DNA of 64,000 bases from Xylographa opegraphella (taxonomy: Eukaryota): NCBI GenBank assembly GCA_022813865.1, contig JALDZX010000045.1, positions 1 to 64,000 of the forward strand, in the 5' to 3' direction. The notes below the pieces were generated by a model. It was given only the letters and a program-made list of their open reading frames with translations, searched no databases and had not been told where the DNA came from. Of this stretch, positions 62,508 to 64,000 are shown piece after piece (position 1 is the stretch's first letter; every line of letters starts with the position of its first letter). The position numbers and the translations under genes were made by a program.

Positions 62508-63075
62508 CCAGCTGGGCTTTTCATTAGTCAAATGTATGGACCAGCAATGTGCCCTAAATAGACAATTGAAGATGTTAAAAGAAGTTAAAATCATTATTCA
62601 GGTCAGTGTTGCAAAATCCAATGTGAGGCCGCATGCCTTCAAAAATCGGTATTATTTCCTTGATTTTTCATTCATAGATGCGATACTCCGTAGATAGAAT
62701 TATTTCCTTCGGCCGAAGAATTTCAGTAACAGAACGAATTTAGAGAGGTAATCGACAGATCTGCCAAGGCCACAGATGGTGGGCGTTCTTCGTTCTGCCA
62801 GTCATCGCTTTCACTGTAGACTCCCAAGAATTGACCTCTGAAATGGCCGGTCCCTTGTACAACGAAGTCTATTACCCTGATCGGACTGTTCAGAAGCAGG
62901 GCTGGCAGTGCCAACTGCACCGTCATATACCCGTCCAGGAGGCAGCTTACTGCTGAGCTCAAGACAGTGTTTTCTCTTGTGATCGGAAATTTGAGAAAAG
63001 GGCATCTCAAGTTAATACCGAAAGTGCTAAGGTTCTACACGATAGCTGCTTTCTCCGAAAGACGTTCTTTATAAT

Positions 63076-64000
63076 CTAATCTAATCGGGTCAAAGGCGTG
63101 GATGTTTCGTTAACGCTGAAGCGGGCACCTGAGATCCCCTCAGCGTGCCCAAGTAATTCATACTCACTGCTCTTGCTAGACCGCACGCCAGCTCTGTGGT
63201 TATAGGTAAGTGCTAGATCTTCGCCTTGATGACGCAGACGGACTGCGATACTTCCCGCAATGGCATCATCGGCCCTCCCGTTCCATGTTGAGCGCTTAAG
63301 GGCATGTGCCTCGCGAGTGGCGTCCGCGAGGGCAGTGCCTCCCATCGACGTACCGATTACCACGCTCTTGATGTTCACGTAGTCGAACGGCTTAAGATCT
63401 TTCTAGCCCTTGGTTCTCACAGCCTCCTCGAGAAAGATCAGCGACACCAGAAAATTGAAGGCCGCAATGACGTATATATAAACTGATTCACCAATGCGAA
63501 TTGACCTTACGACCAATGAAGTATTTACTTCATAGGTATCGTCGGCAACAATCAATTGGGCCATGCTGAAAGATAATAAAACATTGTCGAGCATTGATGC
63601 CAAGCTATCCTCGACACCTTTCAGAGTGTCCTCCGATTGGGTGTCTGTGGAGGGATCCGCAGTAGAGTTCCAGGACGAATTGATATTCTCGATGTTCGAT
63701 TTGAACGTGTTACCTATACCCGATGTGTATAGATCGCAAGCGTTTTGTTGTGAGAAAGAGGTGGGCATCCTCATCGTAATAGCGATAATACTCCCGCTCG
63801 GTTCGATATCAATGACCGGTGTTTGCAGAACTAGAGGTGTTACTGCAATAGTCACTTGAACCGTATCAACCTCAATGGTGTATGCCATCGGACTGAAGCT
63901 AACATTGCACTGCGTCCCATTTAGGGCATTGTATGCCAGTCCGGCTGCAATGGCAAATATGTTTTGTCCATTAAATGTATGGCCAACAAGAGCGACTATG
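63076..64000 (-). pseudogene. 3' part of a fungal membrane glycoprotein gene (5' end outside the window) with an in-frame TAG at 63403-63405; pseudogene or edited gene
   Basis: One frame open from 63999: AYNALNGTQCNVSF.P..VEDSLASMLDNVLLSFSMAQL..RIG..YIY(TM)..EAVRTKG*KDLKPFDYVNIKSVVIGTS. Confidence 0.7.

Noticed and set aside
1..64000. CRISPR arrays, prokaryotic defence systems, secondary-metabolite cluster, transposases
   Set aside because: None seen; the sequence is intron-containing fungal DNA with housekeeping genes and no repeat-spacer array or backbone enzyme

Overview
Eukaryotic DNA from a filamentous ascomycete (Pezizomycotina), judged from short GT-AG introns with CTAAC/CTGAC branch points and the gene content. 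No rRNA, tRNA, CRISPR array or recognisable transposon was seen. Most of the window is a dense run of conserved housekeeping genes: PLC1, IMP4, UPF1, an AhpC/TSA-like protein, SGF29, PMI40, NDUFB7 (missed by the ORF track), an MBP1/Res-type APSES factor, a probable STRIPAK SIKE/Far3-like subunit, an AKR7-type reductase, DID2, HAC1, ENP1, BRE2, TRM1, DSN1, PSD2, COPE and a HAD phosphatase. Two accessory stretches (about 28.7-32.7 kb and 58.3-63 kb) hold short orphan ORFs. The observations most worth follow-up are: a ~305-nt, strand-specifically folded RNA inside an unusually long SGF29 intron; the 20-nt Ire1 intron of HAC1 with a dual-coding tail containing an apparently premature TAA; a TAG at a probable Trp codon in the last gene; an in-frame uORF that looks like a detached PLC1 N-terminus; a possible CUG-initiated mitochondrial Trm1 isoform; a possible REDIC1/HEIP1-like meiotic gene; and clusters of orphan micro-proteins. 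Gene identities come from my recognition of sequence motifs, not from database searches. Exon coordinates were read by eye.
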